Shown: positions 25,678 to 35,664, counted from the first letter of the stretch. The stretch: DNA of 64,000 nt from Candidatus Eiseniibacteriota bacterium (GCA_041946735.1 JBHGAY010000021.1:1-64000); one strand, 5' to 3'. Made by a program: numbers and translations. Notes: a model not told the origin generated them from the letters alone.

Positions 25678-27771
25678 CTAGGCCTTCCCGGTGACCGCGG
25701 GAAGAGCCGCCTTGCGGGAGAGCCGGATCTTTCCTTCCTCGTCGACCCCGATCACCTTCACGAGAACGAGGTCCCCCTCCTTGACAACGTCCTCGACCTT
25801 CGCCACGCGCCGGTTCTCCAGCTCCGAGATGTGGATCAGGCCGTCCCGTCCGGGGAGGATCTCGACGAACGCCCCGAAGTTGACGATCCGCTTCACCTTT
25901 CCGCGGTAGATCCTGCCGATCTCCGGATCCTCGGTCAGGCTGCGGATGATGTCGACGGCCCGCTGGGCGGCGGCCGCGTCGATGCAGGCGATCTTGATCT
26001 GGCCGGTGTCCTCGATGTCGATCGTCGCGCCCGTCTCGTCGGTGATCTTCTTGATCATCTTGCCGCCCGGTCCGATCACGTCGCGGATCTTGTCCGGGTC
26101 GATCTGAATGATCAGGATGCGCGGCGCGAACGGAGAGATCTCCGGACGGGCCTGCGAAATCGTGCGGGACATGATCTCGAGAATGTGCAAGCGACCACGG
26201 CGGGCCTGATCGAGCGCGCGCTCGAGAATCGAGAGATCGAGCCCGCCGATCTTGTTGTCCATCTGGATCGCGGTGATCCCCTCGGCCGTGCCGGTCACCT
26301 TGAAATCCATGTCTCCGAGGTGATCCTCGATCCCGAGAATGTCGGAGAGGACGACGGTGCGCGAGTTCTCCGAGATGAGCCCCATCGCGATCCCGGCGAC
26401 CGGAGACTTGATCGGGACGCCGGCGTCCATGAGCGCGAGGCTGCCGCCGCAGACGGTCGCCATCGAGGAGGATCCGTTCGACTCGAGGATGTCGGAGACG
26501 ACCCGGATCGTGTACGGGAACGACTCGTTCGACGGGACGATCGCCGAAAGCCCGCGCTCCGCAAGGACTCCGTGGCCGATCTCACGCCGTCCCGGTCCGC
26601 GGTTCGGCCGCACCTCGCCGACGCTGAAGGGCGGGAAGTTGTAGTGGAGCATGAACGTCTTCCACGACTGCCCCATCAGCTCCTCGATCTTCTGCTCGTC
26701 GGTCGAGGTTCCGAGCGTCGTGACGACGAGGGCCTGCGTCTGTCCGCGGGTGAAGAGCGCGGAGCCGTGGGTCCGCGGCAGCACTCCGATCTCGCACGTG
26801 ATCGGGCGGATCTCCTCCGGGCCGCGGCCGTCGGCGCGCCTGCCTTCCTCGAGGATCATCGAGCGCAGCCGCTCCTTCTCGAGCTTCTCGAGGACGGCGC
26901 GGATCATCTTCTCCTGCTCCGGGAACTCGACTCCAAAACGCTCGATCGCCTCGGCCTTGATGGCGCTCATCGCCTCTTCGCGCTGCTCCTTGCCGGGAAC
27001 CGAGAGGATCTGGCGAACGCGCTCGTCGTACCCGTCGCGCAGCGCCCGCTCCAGCTCGGGCGGGGCCTGGCGCTTGGCGAAGGAACGCTTCGGACGGCCG
27101 GCTTCGGCGATCATCCGCTTCTGAAGCTGGATCAGCTGCTGGAGCGCCGGCTGCGCGAGGCGAAACGCCTCCATCAGCTCCGCCTCGCCGATCTCGAGGG
27201 CGCGCCCCTCGACCATCACGAGGCTGTCCTCGGTCGCCGCGACGACGATGTCCATCGTGCTCTCGTCGAGCGCCGAGCTCGTCGGGTTCACCACGAGCTG
27301 CCCGTCGATCTTCCCGATCCGGACCGCGGCCACCGGGCCCCCGAAGGGGATGTTGGAGATCCCGATCGCGCAGGAGACGCCGATCAGCGCGAGGGTGTCG
27401 GCGTCGTTCTCCTGGTCGGAGGAGAGGACGTCCGCCTGCACCTGCACCTCGTAGCGGAAGTCCTTGTCGAACAGCGGCCGGATCGAACGATCGATCAAGC
27501 GCGACGAGAGGATCTCCTTCTCGTTGGGACGCCCTTCGCGCTTGAAGAAACCGCCGGGAATTCTCCCGGCGGCGTACTGCTTCTCTCGATAGTCGACGAC
27601 GAGCGGGAAGAAGTCCCGCTCGACCGCTTCCTCTCGTGCGCCTACGACCGCCGCAAGGACGACGGTGTCGCCGTAGCGGACGACGACCGCTCCGGACGCC
27701 TGCTTCGCCATCCGGCCGGTCTCGAGACGAAGCTCCCGGCCGCCGATCTCGACGGAATACTCATGCACCAT
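25678..27771 (-). CDS. pnp: polyribonucleotide nucleotidyltransferase
   Basis: FFPL.VDY.EK, IPGGFFKREG, RTHGSALFTRGQTQ, ESNGSSSMA, GDMDFKV, KH and S1 domains. Confidence 0.98.
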   Translation of the reverse strand: MVHEYSVEIGGRELRLETGRMAKQASGAVVVRYGDTVVLAAVVGAREEAVERDFFPLVVDYREKQYAAGRIPGGFFKREGRPNEKEILSSRLIDRSIRPLFDKDFRYEVQVQADVLSSDQENDADTLALIGVSCAIGISNIPFGGPVAAVRIGKIDGQLVVNPTSSALDESTMDIVVAATEDSLVMVEGRALEIGEAELMEAFRLAQPALQQLIQLQKRMIAEAGRPKRSFAKRQAPPELERALRDGYDERVRQILSVPGKEQREEAMSAIKAEAIERFGVEFPEQEKMIRAVLEKLEKERLRSMILEEGRRADGRGPEEIRPITCEIGVLPRTHGSALFTRGQTQALVVTTLGTSTDEQKIEELMGQSWKTFMLHYNFPPFSVGEVRPNRGPGRREIGHGVLAERGLSAIVPSNESFPYTIRVVSDILESNGSSSMATVCGGSLALMDAGVPIKSPVAGIAMGLISENSRTVVLSDILGIEDHLGDMDFKVTGTAEGITAIQMDNKIGGLDLSILERALDQARRGRLHILEIMSRTISQARPEISPFAPRILIIQIDPDKIRDVIGPGGKMIKKITDETGATIDIEDTGQIKIACIDAAAAQRAVDIIRSLTEDPEIGRIYRGKVKRIVNFGAFVEILPGRDGLIHISELENRRVAKVEDVVKEGDLVLVKVIGVDEEGKIRLSRKAALPAVTGKA

Positions 27772-27877
27772 CGGATACGCTCCTCTTCCACCTTCTGCGG
27801 ATCCACGCGAAACGATAAGCTACGGCCTCCTGCCCGGCAGGACCGGGAGGGGCGAGAAGGACCGATCGGCAGCGAGG

Positions 27878-28147
27878 TTAGCGACGCAGCCCCAGTTCCT
27901 TCACGATGGTCTTGTAGCTGTCCTGCTTGTTGTCCCGAAGGTAGTCGAGCAGCTTGCGGCGGCGGCCCACCATCTTCAGCAGGCCCCTGCGGGAATGGTG
28001 ATCCGTGGTGTGACGCTTGAAGTGCTCGGTCAACTGCCGGATCCGCTCCGTCAGGAGCGCGACCTGCACCTCGGGCGAACCCGAGTCGAGGTCGTGGAGC
28101 TTGTAGCGACCGATGATCTCTTGCTTTTGTTCCTTGGTCAGGGACAT
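27878..28147 (-). CDS. rpsO: 30S ribosomal protein S15
   Basis: [18 protein letters not shown]...[20 protein letters not shown]. Confidence 0.98.
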   Translation of the reverse strand: MSLTKEQKQEIIGRYKLHDLDSGSPEVQVALLTERIRQLTEHFKRHTTDHHSRRGLLKMVGRRRKLLDYLRDNKQDSYKTIVKELGLRR

Positions 28148-28232
28148 CCCGTTCCTCCGCTAGGCGCCGGAACCTCCGACACCCCCCCGTCCATCGGGGC
28201 GCGCTTCATCCTTTCAGGACCTAACCCGATCG

Positions 28233-28261
28233 AAGCTACCAGGAAGCGCCTCGAACGGCAA
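28233..28261 (-). promoter_or_regulatory. sigma70-type promoter of rpsO-pnp
   Basis: TTGCCG-N17-TAGCTT with TGn extension, about 85 nt before the ATG. Confidence 0.6.
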
Positions 28262-28377
28262 CACTCGTTTCCACATGTCCGGAAGATTCCGGCGGCACCG
28301 ACGCGGGGGACCGCCAGCCCCGACGCGGGGCGACCGGCGGCCTCGCGCGGCGCTCGGGGCGCCGGCGAAGCGCCTCG

Positions 28378-29310
28378 CTACGTCCCGCTCGGCCAGGAAC
28401 GCGCCTCCGCGCGCGCCCGCTCGATATCCTCGAAAATCTGCGCCCGCAGCGCTTCCAGAGACGCGAACCGGCGTTCCTCCCGGAGCCGCGAGCGATAACG
28501 GAAGAGCAGGCGCCGGCCGCGGAGATCCCCCGACCAGTCGAGCACATGCACCTCCGGCACCAACCGGTCGCCGGGCGTCAAGGTCGGCCGGCGACCGAGG
28601 TTCAGCACCGCCGGCCGCAAGATCCCGTCCCACTCCGCCTCGCCCGCGTAGACACCGAGCGGCGGAAGGCACTGCGTCTCGGGGATCGCCAGGTTCGCCG
28701 TCGCCACGAGCACCTTCGCCCCCTGGCCCCGCCCGTGCACCACGATCCCCTCCACGTCGGGCGGCCGCCCCAGAAGCTCACGCGCCCCGTCGAGGTCCCC
28801 GGCTCGCAGGCAGGCGCGGATGCGGCTCGAGCTGACCGGCTTGCCGGCGATCTCGATCGCTTCGATCCGCTCCGTCCGGAAGCCGAACCGGCCCCCGGCC
28901 TCGACAAGCATCGCGAAGTCCCCGCGGCGCCGGTGGCCGAAGCGGAAGTCGTGGCCCACCCAGATCCCGGCCAGCCCCCGTCCTGCCCCGAGCACCTGCT
29001 CCAGAAACTGCTCCGGCTCCACGCGCGCGAAGGCCCGCGAGAAGCGGAGCACTTCGACCCGGTCGAGCCCCGACTCGGCCAGCAGCCTCCACTTTCGCGG
29101 CGGCGGGGTCAGCTCGTCGGGCGGCGTTTCGGGGGCGAAGACGGTCACCGGGCGCGGATGGAACGTGAAGAGGATGGTGGGAAGTCCGCTCTCGCGTCCC
29201 GCCGCGACCAGCCGGTCCAGGATTGCGCGGTGGCCGAGGTGCACGCCGTCGAACACCCCGACAGTCGCCAGGTACCGGCTTGGCCAGGGAAGCGCCAAGT
29301 CAGAGCACAC
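28378..29310 (-). CDS. ribF: bifunctional riboflavin kinase / FAD synthetase
   Basis: GVFDGVHLGH, TFHPRP, VGHDFRFG, VSSSRIR, TANL, GVYA, EVHVLD, LREERRF. Confidence 0.93.
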   Translation of the reverse strand: MCSDLALPWPSRYLATVGVFDGVHLGHRAILDRLVAAGRESGLPTILFTFHPRPVTVFAPETPPDELTPPPRKWRLLAESGLDRVEVLRFSRAFARVEPEQFLEQVLGAGRGLAGIWVGHDFRFGHRRRGDFAMLVEAGGRFGFRTERIEAIEIAGKPVSSSRIRACLRAGDLDGARELLGRPPDVEGIVVHGRGQGAKVLVATANLAIPETQCLPPLGVYAGEAEWDGILRPAVLNLGRRPTLTPGDRLVPEVHVLDWSGDLRGRRLLFRYRSRLREERRFASLEALRAQIFEDIERARAEARSWPSGT

Positions 29311-30223
29311 GCTCGAGCTTCAGGCCCCAGGCATCCTGCCAGGGGCGATCGATCGGACCGGGGATGGCGTCGACGGCGACGATGGCGATCAGCTCCCCTT
29401 CGGGAGCCAGCAGCCGCAACGGCGAGGACCCGGGTCGCTCGGAAACGTCGACCGCCCTCCAGGGTGGCTGTCCCCCCTGCCGGACGCGCCGCACCCACTC
29501 GCTCTGCCGGAGACGGACCGCCGGGAGATGGGCGAGCGCCGCGGCGAGCGGCATCGACGCCGCCTCGCAGCGAGTGCGCGCGACGGCCAGATCGTCGTCG
29601 ATCCGCACCGCTCCCCCATCCTCGAAGGGGCCGACCGCGATTCTCCGCAACTCCTCGACGGACGCCCCGGGACCGAGCCTCTCCCCCAGGTCCTGCACCA
29701 GGCTCCGCACGTAGGTCCCCTTCCCGCAGTCGATCCGAAAGCCGATCAGGTCAGGGCCGATCGAGGTGATGTCGAAGCGGCGCACCTCGACGGTCCGCGT
29801 CTTCCGCTCGATCTCGATCCCCGCCCGCGCGTAGGCGTACAACCGCTTTCCCTGATACTTGACCGCCGACATCATCGGAGGGACCGACTCGTAGAGGCCG
29901 ACGAACGAAGCCGCTTCGGAGCGGATCCGTTCGGGCTCGATCGGGACGACCTCGCGCTCCTCGATCACGGCGCCCGTCTTGTCGCCCGTGTCGGTGATCC
30001 TGCCCAAGCGCAACGAGCCGACGTACCGCTTGGGAAGATCCATCAAGTAGGAGAGGACTTTCGTGCCCCGTCCGATTCCGCAAACGAGGACGCCCGTCGC
30101 GTACGGGTCGAGGCTTCCCGCGTGGCCGACCTCCTTGACCCCGAGAACCACACGGAGGCGATGGACCGCGTCATGGCTCGTCCAGCCGGCGGGCTTGTCG
30201 AGGACCAGGATCGATCCGGTCAT
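29300..30223 (-). CDS. truB: tRNA pseudouridine(55) synthase
   Basis: LDKPAGWTSHD, VGHAGSLDP.ATGVL, PPM.SAVK..GKRLY..AR, CGKGTYVRSL. Confidence 0.95.
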   Translation of the reverse strand: MTGSILVLDKPAGWTSHDAVHRLRVVLGVKEVGHAGSLDPYATGVLVCGIGRGTKVLSYLMDLPKRYVGSLRLGRITDTGDKTGAVIEEREVVPIEPERIRSEAASFVGLYESVPPMMSAVKYQGKRLYAYARAGIEIERKTRTVEVRRFDITSIGPDLIGFRIDCGKGTYVRSLVQDLGERLGPGASVEELRRIAVGPFEDGGAVRIDDDLAVARTRCEAASMPLAAALAHLPAVRLRQSEWVRRVRQGGQPPWRAVDVSERPGSSPLRLLAPEGELIAIVAVDAIPGPIDRPWQDAWGLKLERVL

Positions 30224-30723
30224 CTCCCGCCGTCCTCGCCAGGGCGCCCGCGCTCCCGCTCCCGCCACGTGTCGCCATGCTCGCCCGTTTCGCCGCCCTC
30301 ACCGCTCTCGTCCCTGTCCTCGTTCTCGCCGCCCTCGCCGCTCTCGTCGTTCTCGCGCGCGCCGCGGCGCGATCCCTCTTCGGTCAGGCCCAACTCCTCG
30401 ATCAGGCTCTGCACCCTCAGGCCATATCCGATCGAGCGGTCCGCGAGAAACACGATCTCCGGGACTTTGCGGACGTGGAGACGGTGGGCGAGCTCCGCGC
30501 GAACCGCCGGCGCCGCTCGATGGATGACGCGCAAGGAGGCGGCCTGGTTCTCCTCGCTGCCGAGAACCGACAGGTAGACCTTCGCGTGCCTCAGGTCGCC
30601 GCTCAGGTCCACCCGCACCACGCTGACCCAGGAGAGGCGCGGGTCGGCCAGGTGGTGCTGGAAGATGTCCGAGATCTGCTGACGCAGCTCTTCCGACATC
30701 CGCGCGACCCGGATCCGGTTCAT
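30220..30723 (-). CDS. rbfA: ribosome-binding factor A with acidic C-tail
   Basis: DPRL..VSV..V.LSGDLRHAKVY, RKVPE..F..D.S; lies at the 3' end of ORF 30220..31866. Confidence 0.93.
   Translation of the reverse strand: MNRIRVARMSEELRQQISDIFQHHLADPRLSWVSVVRVDLSGDLRHAKVYLSVLGSEENQAASLRVIHRAAPAVRAELAHRLHVRKVPEIVFLADRSIGYGLRVQSLIEELGLTEEGSRRGARENDESGEGGENEDRDESGEGGETGEHGDTWRERERGRPGEDGGR
30290..30348. repeat. 23-bp direct repeat (period 36, one mismatch) in the rbfA tail
   Basis: tcgccgccctc(a/g)ccgctctcgtc twice; encodes DESGEGGE twice. Confidence 0.75.
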
Positions 30724-30725
30724 GC

Positions 30726-31058
30726 CTACTGGTCCTCCTCTGCGGAAGGATCGTCGTCCAGGCTGCCGACCCTCGTAACGAACGAGAGGAGGACCGCCCT
30801 GTCCTCCGACTCGATCAGCCGGGCGATGCCGGCCAGAATCGAGCGAACCGAGCCTTCGTCTCGGCCTACCACCGCAATGCCGAGAATCCCCCGCTGCCAG
30901 AGGTCGCTCGGCCCCGCGTCGACGACCGAGATCTTGTAGCGCTCGGCCAGCCGCCCCTTGAGGCTGTGCAGGATTGACCGCTTGTCCTTCAGAGAGCGGC
31001 TGTTCGGGAAGTGGAGCGCGACCTGCGCGACCCCATAGAAGACCCGTTCCCTGTCCAC
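30726..31058 (-). CDS. DUF503 (YlxP) family protein
   Basis: SLKDKRSIL..LK.RL...ISV, DLWQR..LG; usual position between infB and rbfA. Confidence 0.9.
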   Translation of the reverse strand: MDRERVFYGVAQVALHFPNSRSLKDKRSILHSLKGRLAERYKISVVDAGPSDLWQRGILGIAVVGRDEGSVRSILAGIARLIESEDRAVLLSFVTRVGSLDDDPSAEEDQ

Positions 31059-31082
31059 GAAGCGCGGTGGGGCAAGCGCGAG

Positions 31083-33437
31083 CTACTCGAGCTTGCGGGC
31101 GACTTCCTCGATCACGAACGCCTCGATCCGGTCCCCCTCGAGGATGTCGTCGTGCCCTTCCAGGCCGATGCCGCACTCGAAGCCGGCGCTGACCTCGCGC
31201 ACGTCGTCCTTGAGCCTCTTCAGGGATCCGATCCTTCCCTGCCAGACCTTCTCGCCCCCCCGGATCAGACGCACCTGGTCGCTGCGGTGGATCGTCCCGT
31301 CGAGGACCATGCAGCCGGCGATGGCGCCGATGCGCGTGATCCGGAAGACCTTCCGCACCTCGGCCGCGCCCTGGCTCTTCTCGACCAGATCGGGCGCGAG
31401 GAGGCCGCTCATCGCGTTGCGCACCTCGTCGACCAGCTCGTAGATGACCGTGTAGAGGCGGACGTCGACCTTCTCGTTCTGGATGGCCACCTGCGCCTTC
31501 GCGTCCGGACGCACGTGGAAGCCGATCACGATCGCATCGGAAGCGGCCGCGAGCAGCACGTCTCCCTCCGTGATCGCGCCGACGCCCTGATGGATGACGC
31601 GGACCTGGACCTCCGCGGTCGACAGCTTTTCGAGGCTGTCCCGAAGCACTTCGACCGATCCGGCCACGTCCCCCTTGAGAACGACGTTCAGGCCGAGCTG
31701 CTCCCCTTGCTTGATCCGCTGGCTGATGTCGACCAGCGTACGCCGGCGGCTGAGCTTGAGGTCGTGCTCGCGACGGATCTGGCTTCGACGCGTGCTGATG
31801 TCGCGCGCTTCCTGCTCCGTCCGTGTGGCGTTGAAGGTGTCGCCGGCCTGCGGAAGACCCGACCATCCCCAGACCTCGACGGGCGTCGAAGGAGTCGCGT
31901 CCTGCACCCTCCGGCCGGTGTCGCTCACCATGACGCGGACCTTGCCGTGCTGCGCGCCGCAGACGAAGGGATCGCCGACGTGCAGTGTTCCGTCCTGCAC
32001 GAGGACGGAGCCGACGACTCCTTTGCCGGGATCGAGACGGGACTCGAGGATCACGCCACGGGCGAGCCGTCCCGGCTGCGCCTTCAGCTCCAGGAGCTCC
32101 GCCTCCAGCAGGATCATCTCCAGCAGCTTGTCGATCCCCGCCCCACTCTTCGAGGAGATCTCGACGCAGACCGTCTTGCCGCCGTACTGCTCGACGACGA
32201 CCCCGGCCTCGGCAAGCTGGGCGCGGATCTTCTCGGGATTCGCCGCCGGGAGGTCGATCTTCGTGATCGCGACGACGATGGGGACGTTCGCGGCCCGGGC
32301 GTGGTTGATCGCTTCGAGCGTCTGCGGCATGACCCGATCGTCGGCGGCGACGACCAGCACGACGATGTCGGTAACCTGGGCGCCGCGCGCGCGCATGGCG
32401 GTGAACGCCTCGTGGCCCGGCGTGTCGAGGAATGCGATCCTCCCGCCCTGCCCGACGCTCACGTTGTACGCCCCGATGTGCTGCGTGATGCCGCCCGACT
32501 CGGTTGCGACCACCTTCGTCTTGCGGATGTAGTCGAGGAGGCTCGTCTTGCCATGGTCGACATGGCCCATCACGGTCACGACCGGAGGACGGGGGAGCTT
32601 CTCCAGATCCTCCTCTTGCGTGTCCGCCATCTCCTCGATCTGCTGCTCGCCGTACTCCCGGACGAACTCCAGCTCGAAGCCGAACTCGTCGGCGATCGCG
32701 AGCATGGCGTCCTTCTCCAGACGGCGATTGATGTTCGCGATGATCCCGAGCTGCAGGCAGGTGGATACGACCTCGGCCGGATTCGCCTCGAGCACCGCGG
32801 CGAACTCGCCGACCGTCATGAACTCGGTCACCTTCAGCGGAGCCGTCTCCTGGACCTCGTCGGTCGCGCCTTCCGCGCGGCCGCGACGCCGCTTGCGACG
32901 ACGCCCCTCGAGGTTCGCGAGCGTGCGACGGACGCTCTCGCGGACGAGGCGTTCGTCGGTCTGCGTCCGCCCCTTCTTCTTCTTGCGGCTCGAAGGCGTT
33001 TTGCCCGCGACAGCGGGAAGCGGAATCCGCGTTGGGCCGACCCGCGGTTGTTGCGGTGCGGGCGGGCGGACCGCGGGGGGCGCGACCGGCCCGGGAGGCG
33101 GTGGCGCCGTCACGACGCGCGCTTGCTGCACCGGCTGCATCACCGGCTCCGGCTGAGGTGCGACGGGCGCGGGCGGGGGAGCGGCGACCACCTTCCGGCG
33201 CGCCGCCTCGTCCTTCGCCTTCTGCTGGATCTCACCGTGGATCTGCGCCTTGCGCTCGTCCTCGCGGCGCGTCACCTCGCGCTCCTGCGCGATCTTCGCC
33301 CGGACTCGATCGACGATGTCCTCCTCGATCGAGCTCATGTGGCTCTTCGCGTCGCCCCCGAGATCCTCGATCATCTTCACCAGCGCATCGCTGGAGATCC
33401 TCAGATCCCGCGCGAGCTGGTAGATGCGAACCTTCAT
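31083..33437 (-). CDS. infB: translation initiation factor IF-2
   Basis: RPPVVTVMGHVDHGKTSLLD, GGITQHIGAY, DTPGHEAF, GFECGI. Confidence 0.98.
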   Translation of the reverse strand: MKVRIYQLARDLRISSDALVKMIEDLGGDAKSHMSSIEEDIVDRVRAKIAQEREVTRREDERKAQIHGEIQQKAKDEAARRKVVAAPPPAPVAPQPEPVMQPVQQARVVTAPPPPGPVAPPAVRPPAPQQPRVGPTRIPLPAVAGKTPSSRKKKKGRTQTDERLVRESVRRTLANLEGRRRKRRRGRAEGATDEVQETAPLKVTEFMTVGEFAAVLEANPAEVVSTCLQLGIIANINRRLEKDAMLAIADEFGFELEFVREYGEQQIEEMADTQEEDLEKLPRPPVVTVMGHVDHGKTSLLDYIRKTKVVATESGGITQHIGAYNVSVGQGGRIAFLDTPGHEAFTAMRARGAQVTDIVVLVVAADDRVMPQTLEAINHARAANVPIVVAITKIDLPAANPEKIRAQLAEAGVVVEQYGGKTVCVEISSKSGAGIDKLLEMILLEAELLELKAQPGRLARGVILESRLDPGKGVVGSVLVQDGTLHVGDPFVCGAQHGKVRVMVSDTGRRVQDATPSTPVEVWGWSGLPQAGDTFNATRTEQEARDISTRRSQIRREHDLKLSRRRTLVDISQRIKQGEQLGLNVVLKGDVAGSVEVLRDSLEKLSTAEVQVRVIHQGVGAITEGDVLLAAASDAIVIGFHVRPDAKAQVAIQNEKVDVRLYTVIYELVDEVRNAMSGLLAPDLVEKSQGAAEVRKVFRITRIGAIAGCMVLDGTIHRSDQVRLIRGGEKVWQGRIGSLKRLKDDVREVSAGFECGIGLEGHDDILEGDRIEAFVIEEVARKLE

Positions 33438-35113
33438 GCGTCCGCCCCTCTCCTCTCCGTATCGTCTCGCCCCTCGTCACTCGTCTCGCCCCGTGGGGCC
33501 TGCGGGTCCATGGAAACGGCCGGAGACTGCTGATCCGTGTCGTCCTCCTCCGAGTCTGCCTCTCCTTGCGGAAGATCGGCCCGCTCCGACGCGGGCTCCG
33601 GACCTTGGGGAAGCTCCTCCTCTTGCTCCGGCTCTGCCTCTTGCGCTTCCCCTGCCACTTCCTCTTCCGCTTCCTCTGCCTCCGTCCCTGTCTCCGCTGC
33701 TTCTGCGTCTGTCTCTGCTTCCGCTTCTGCCTCTGCCTCTGCCTCTGCCTCTGCCGTCTCGCCGTCCACCGGCGTCTCCGTCTCGATCCCCTGCGCTTCT
33801 TCCGCTTCCGCCGTCTCGGGCTGCGGCTCCTCCCGGGCCTGCCGCTGCCGCTCGAGGGCCCGCTCCTCCAGGATCTGCGCGCCCGTGATCAGCAGGCGGG
33901 AGGCGGTCTTCTCCCCGATACCCGGAATCTCCATCAGCTCGTCGATCGAGGTCTTCATCACGTCCTGGAGCGTTTCCTTGCCGCTCTTGACGAGCTTCTC
34001 GACGAGCTTCGGTCCGAGCTCCTTCGTCAGCGACTCGAGATCGATGTCCGGAACTCCCGCCTCTTCTTCCTTCTGAGCCTCGATCTGCGACTGGCTCACC
34101 AGGTTGATCCCGAGACCGGTCAGCTTGGAGGCGAGACGGGCGTTCTGCCCCCCTCGTCCGATCGCCACCGGAACCTGCTCGTCGGAGACGACGACGGTCG
34201 CCTTCTGCGCGGCCTCGTCGTAGATGACGTCATAGACGCGGGCCGGTGAAAGGGCGCGGCTGACGAGGATCTTCGGGTCGGCGCTCCACGGCACGATGTC
34301 GATCCGCTCGCCGCCCAGCTCCTTGACGATGTTCTGCACCCGGGAGCCCTTCATCCCGACGCAGGCCCCGACAGGATCGACCCGGTCGTCATGGCTCACG
34401 ACGCAGATCTTCGTCCGCGAGCCCGGCTCGCGAGCGATCGCGCGGATCTCCACGACCCGCTCGAAGATCTCCGGCACCTCCTGCTCGAACAGCTTCCGCA
34501 CGAACTCCGGATGCGTCCGGCTGAGGTGGATCTGAGGGCCCTTCTGATCCTTGTCAACATCGAGCAGGTACGCGCGCACCGAGTCGCCGATCTTGAAACG
34601 ATCCCGGTTGATCAGCTCGCGATGCGGGATGATCCCCTCCGTCTTGCCGATCTTCACGATCACGTTGCCGCGATCGACCTGCTGGACGGTGCCGGAGATG
34701 ATCTGTCCCTTGCGGTTGATGTACTCGTTGTAGACGTTTTCCCGCTCCGCCTCCCGGACGCGTTGGACGAGAACCTGCTTGGCGGTCTGGATCGCGTTTC
34801 GGCCGAACTCCGCGACCGGGACCTCGACGCCGACGATGTCGCCGACGTGCGCCCTCGGCTGGATCTTCCGCGCCTCCTCCACGTCGATCTCGCCGCCGAG
34901 ATCGATCGCCACCTGGACGACCTTCTTGTGGACGATGACCTTGATGGCCCCCGTCACCTCGTCGAAGGTGACCTGCACGTCCTGGGCGGTCGCGTAGCGC
35001 TTGCGGGCTGCGCTCAGTAACCCGGCCATCAGCGTCTCGATGAGCAGGCGCTTGTCGACCGCCTTCTCGCGTGCGATCCCCCGAAGGGCTTCCAGGATGT
35101 CCTCATTCACCAT
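33434..35113 (-). CDS. nusA: transcription factor NusA with long acidic tail
   Basis: FGRNAIQTAKQ, LSRTHP, EVPEI, AREPG.RTK, DPVGACVG.KGSR, AIGRGGQN.RLA. Confidence 0.97.
   Translation of the reverse strand: MVNEDILEALRGIAREKAVDKRLLIETLMAGLLSAARKRYATAQDVQVTFDEVTGAIKVIVHKKVVQVAIDLGGEIDVEEARKIQPRAHVGDIVGVEVPVAEFGRNAIQTAKQVLVQRVREAERENVYNEYINRKGQIISGTVQQVDRGNVIVKIGKTEGIIPHRELINRDRFKIGDSVRAYLLDVDKDQKGPQIHLSRTHPEFVRKLFEQEVPEIFERVVEIRAIAREPGSRTKICVVSHDDRVDPVGACVGMKGSRVQNIVKELGGERIDIVPWSADPKILVSRALSPARVYDVIYDEAAQKATVVVSDEQVPVAIGRGGQNARLASKLTGLGINLVSQSQIEAQKEEEAGVPDIDLESLTKELGPKLVEKLVKSGKETLQDVMKTSIDELMEIPGIGEKTASRLLITGAQILEERALERQRQAREEPQPETAEAEEAQGIETETPVDGETAEAEAEAEAEAEAETDAEAAETGTEAEEAEEEVAGEAQEAEPEQEEELPQGPEPASERADLPQGEADSEEDDTDQQSPAVSMDPQAPRGETSDEGRDDTERRGADA
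33726..33755. repeat. (TCTGCC)5 microsatellite encoding an AE repeat in the NusA tail
   Basis: Five perfect hexamers with degenerate flanking units. Confidence 0.85.
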
Positions 35114-35630
35114 GGTCTGACACTCCGTTCGGTCCCCGCTCTCCCTCGGAGCGAATTCCCCGAGGACGGCGGCGCGGATCGAGCCGCAGCTCCGCGCGCT
35201 CGATCCTGTTCAGCGCGAACCGGGTCGGTCCCTGTCCGTCGATGTCGATCGACGCCTCTCCGTCCGCGACCCCGAGGATCGTCCCCTCGAAATGGCGGCG
35301 ACCATCGTTCGGTTCGTGGATCCAGAGGTGGACCCGCTCGCCGGCAAATCGCTCGAAGTGCCGCTCCGTCCAGATCGCCCGGTTCATGCCCGGGGACGAC
35401 ACCTCGAGCTCGTACGCGCCGGCCATGCCGGGCTCCGCGTCGAGCAAGAGACCGATCCGGCGGCTCAAACGAGCCAGATCGTCGATCCCCAGACCCTCCT
35501 CACGGTCGACGAAGATGCGCAAGCGAAGCGCGCCGCGCGTCCTCGACACCTGGGCATCGACGAACTCGAACCCCTCCGATTCGAGCAGGGGTCGGAGCCA
35601 CTCTTCCAATTCTTCACGCTGAAACCGCAT
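35103..35630 (-). CDS. rimP: ribosome maturation factor RimP
   Basis: LRIFVD...G..IDD...SR, YELEVSSPG..R, HFERFAG; first gene of the nusA operon. Confidence 0.94.
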   Translation of the reverse strand: MRFQREELEEWLRPLLESEGFEFVDAQVSRTRGALRLRIFVDREEGLGIDDLARLSRRIGLLLDAEPGMAGAYELEVSSPGMNRAIWTERHFERFAGERVHLWIHEPNDGRRHFEGTILGVADGEASIDIDGQGPTRFALNRIERAELRLDPRRRPRGIRSEGERGPNGVSDHGE

Positions 35631-35632
35631 CG

Positions 35633-35658
35633 AAACAAAAGGCGGGTCATCGCCCGCC
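35633..35658 (-). terminator. rimP leader attenuator-like hairpin plus U-tract
   Basis: GGCGGG-CGATGA-CCCGCC-TTTTGTTT, 2 nt before the rimP ATG. Confidence 0.75.
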
Positions 35659-35664
35659 CCGGGT

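Noticed and set aside
27772..27877. Hairpin in the rpsO-pnp spacer, possible RNase III site
   Set aside because: Only a short stem is visible by eye and no U-tract; cannot be supported without folding
28298..28330. 11-bp direct repeat ccgacgcgggg (period 22) upstream of the rpsO promoter
   Set aside because: Only two GC-rich copies; chance is plausible; not CRISPR-like
30724..31866. Apparent long N-extensions on rbfA, and likewise dut, pilT, plsX, lptF and DUF3108 ORFs
   Set aside because: Alternate-frame run-through of upstream genes; starts were trimmed to SD- or overlap-supported codons
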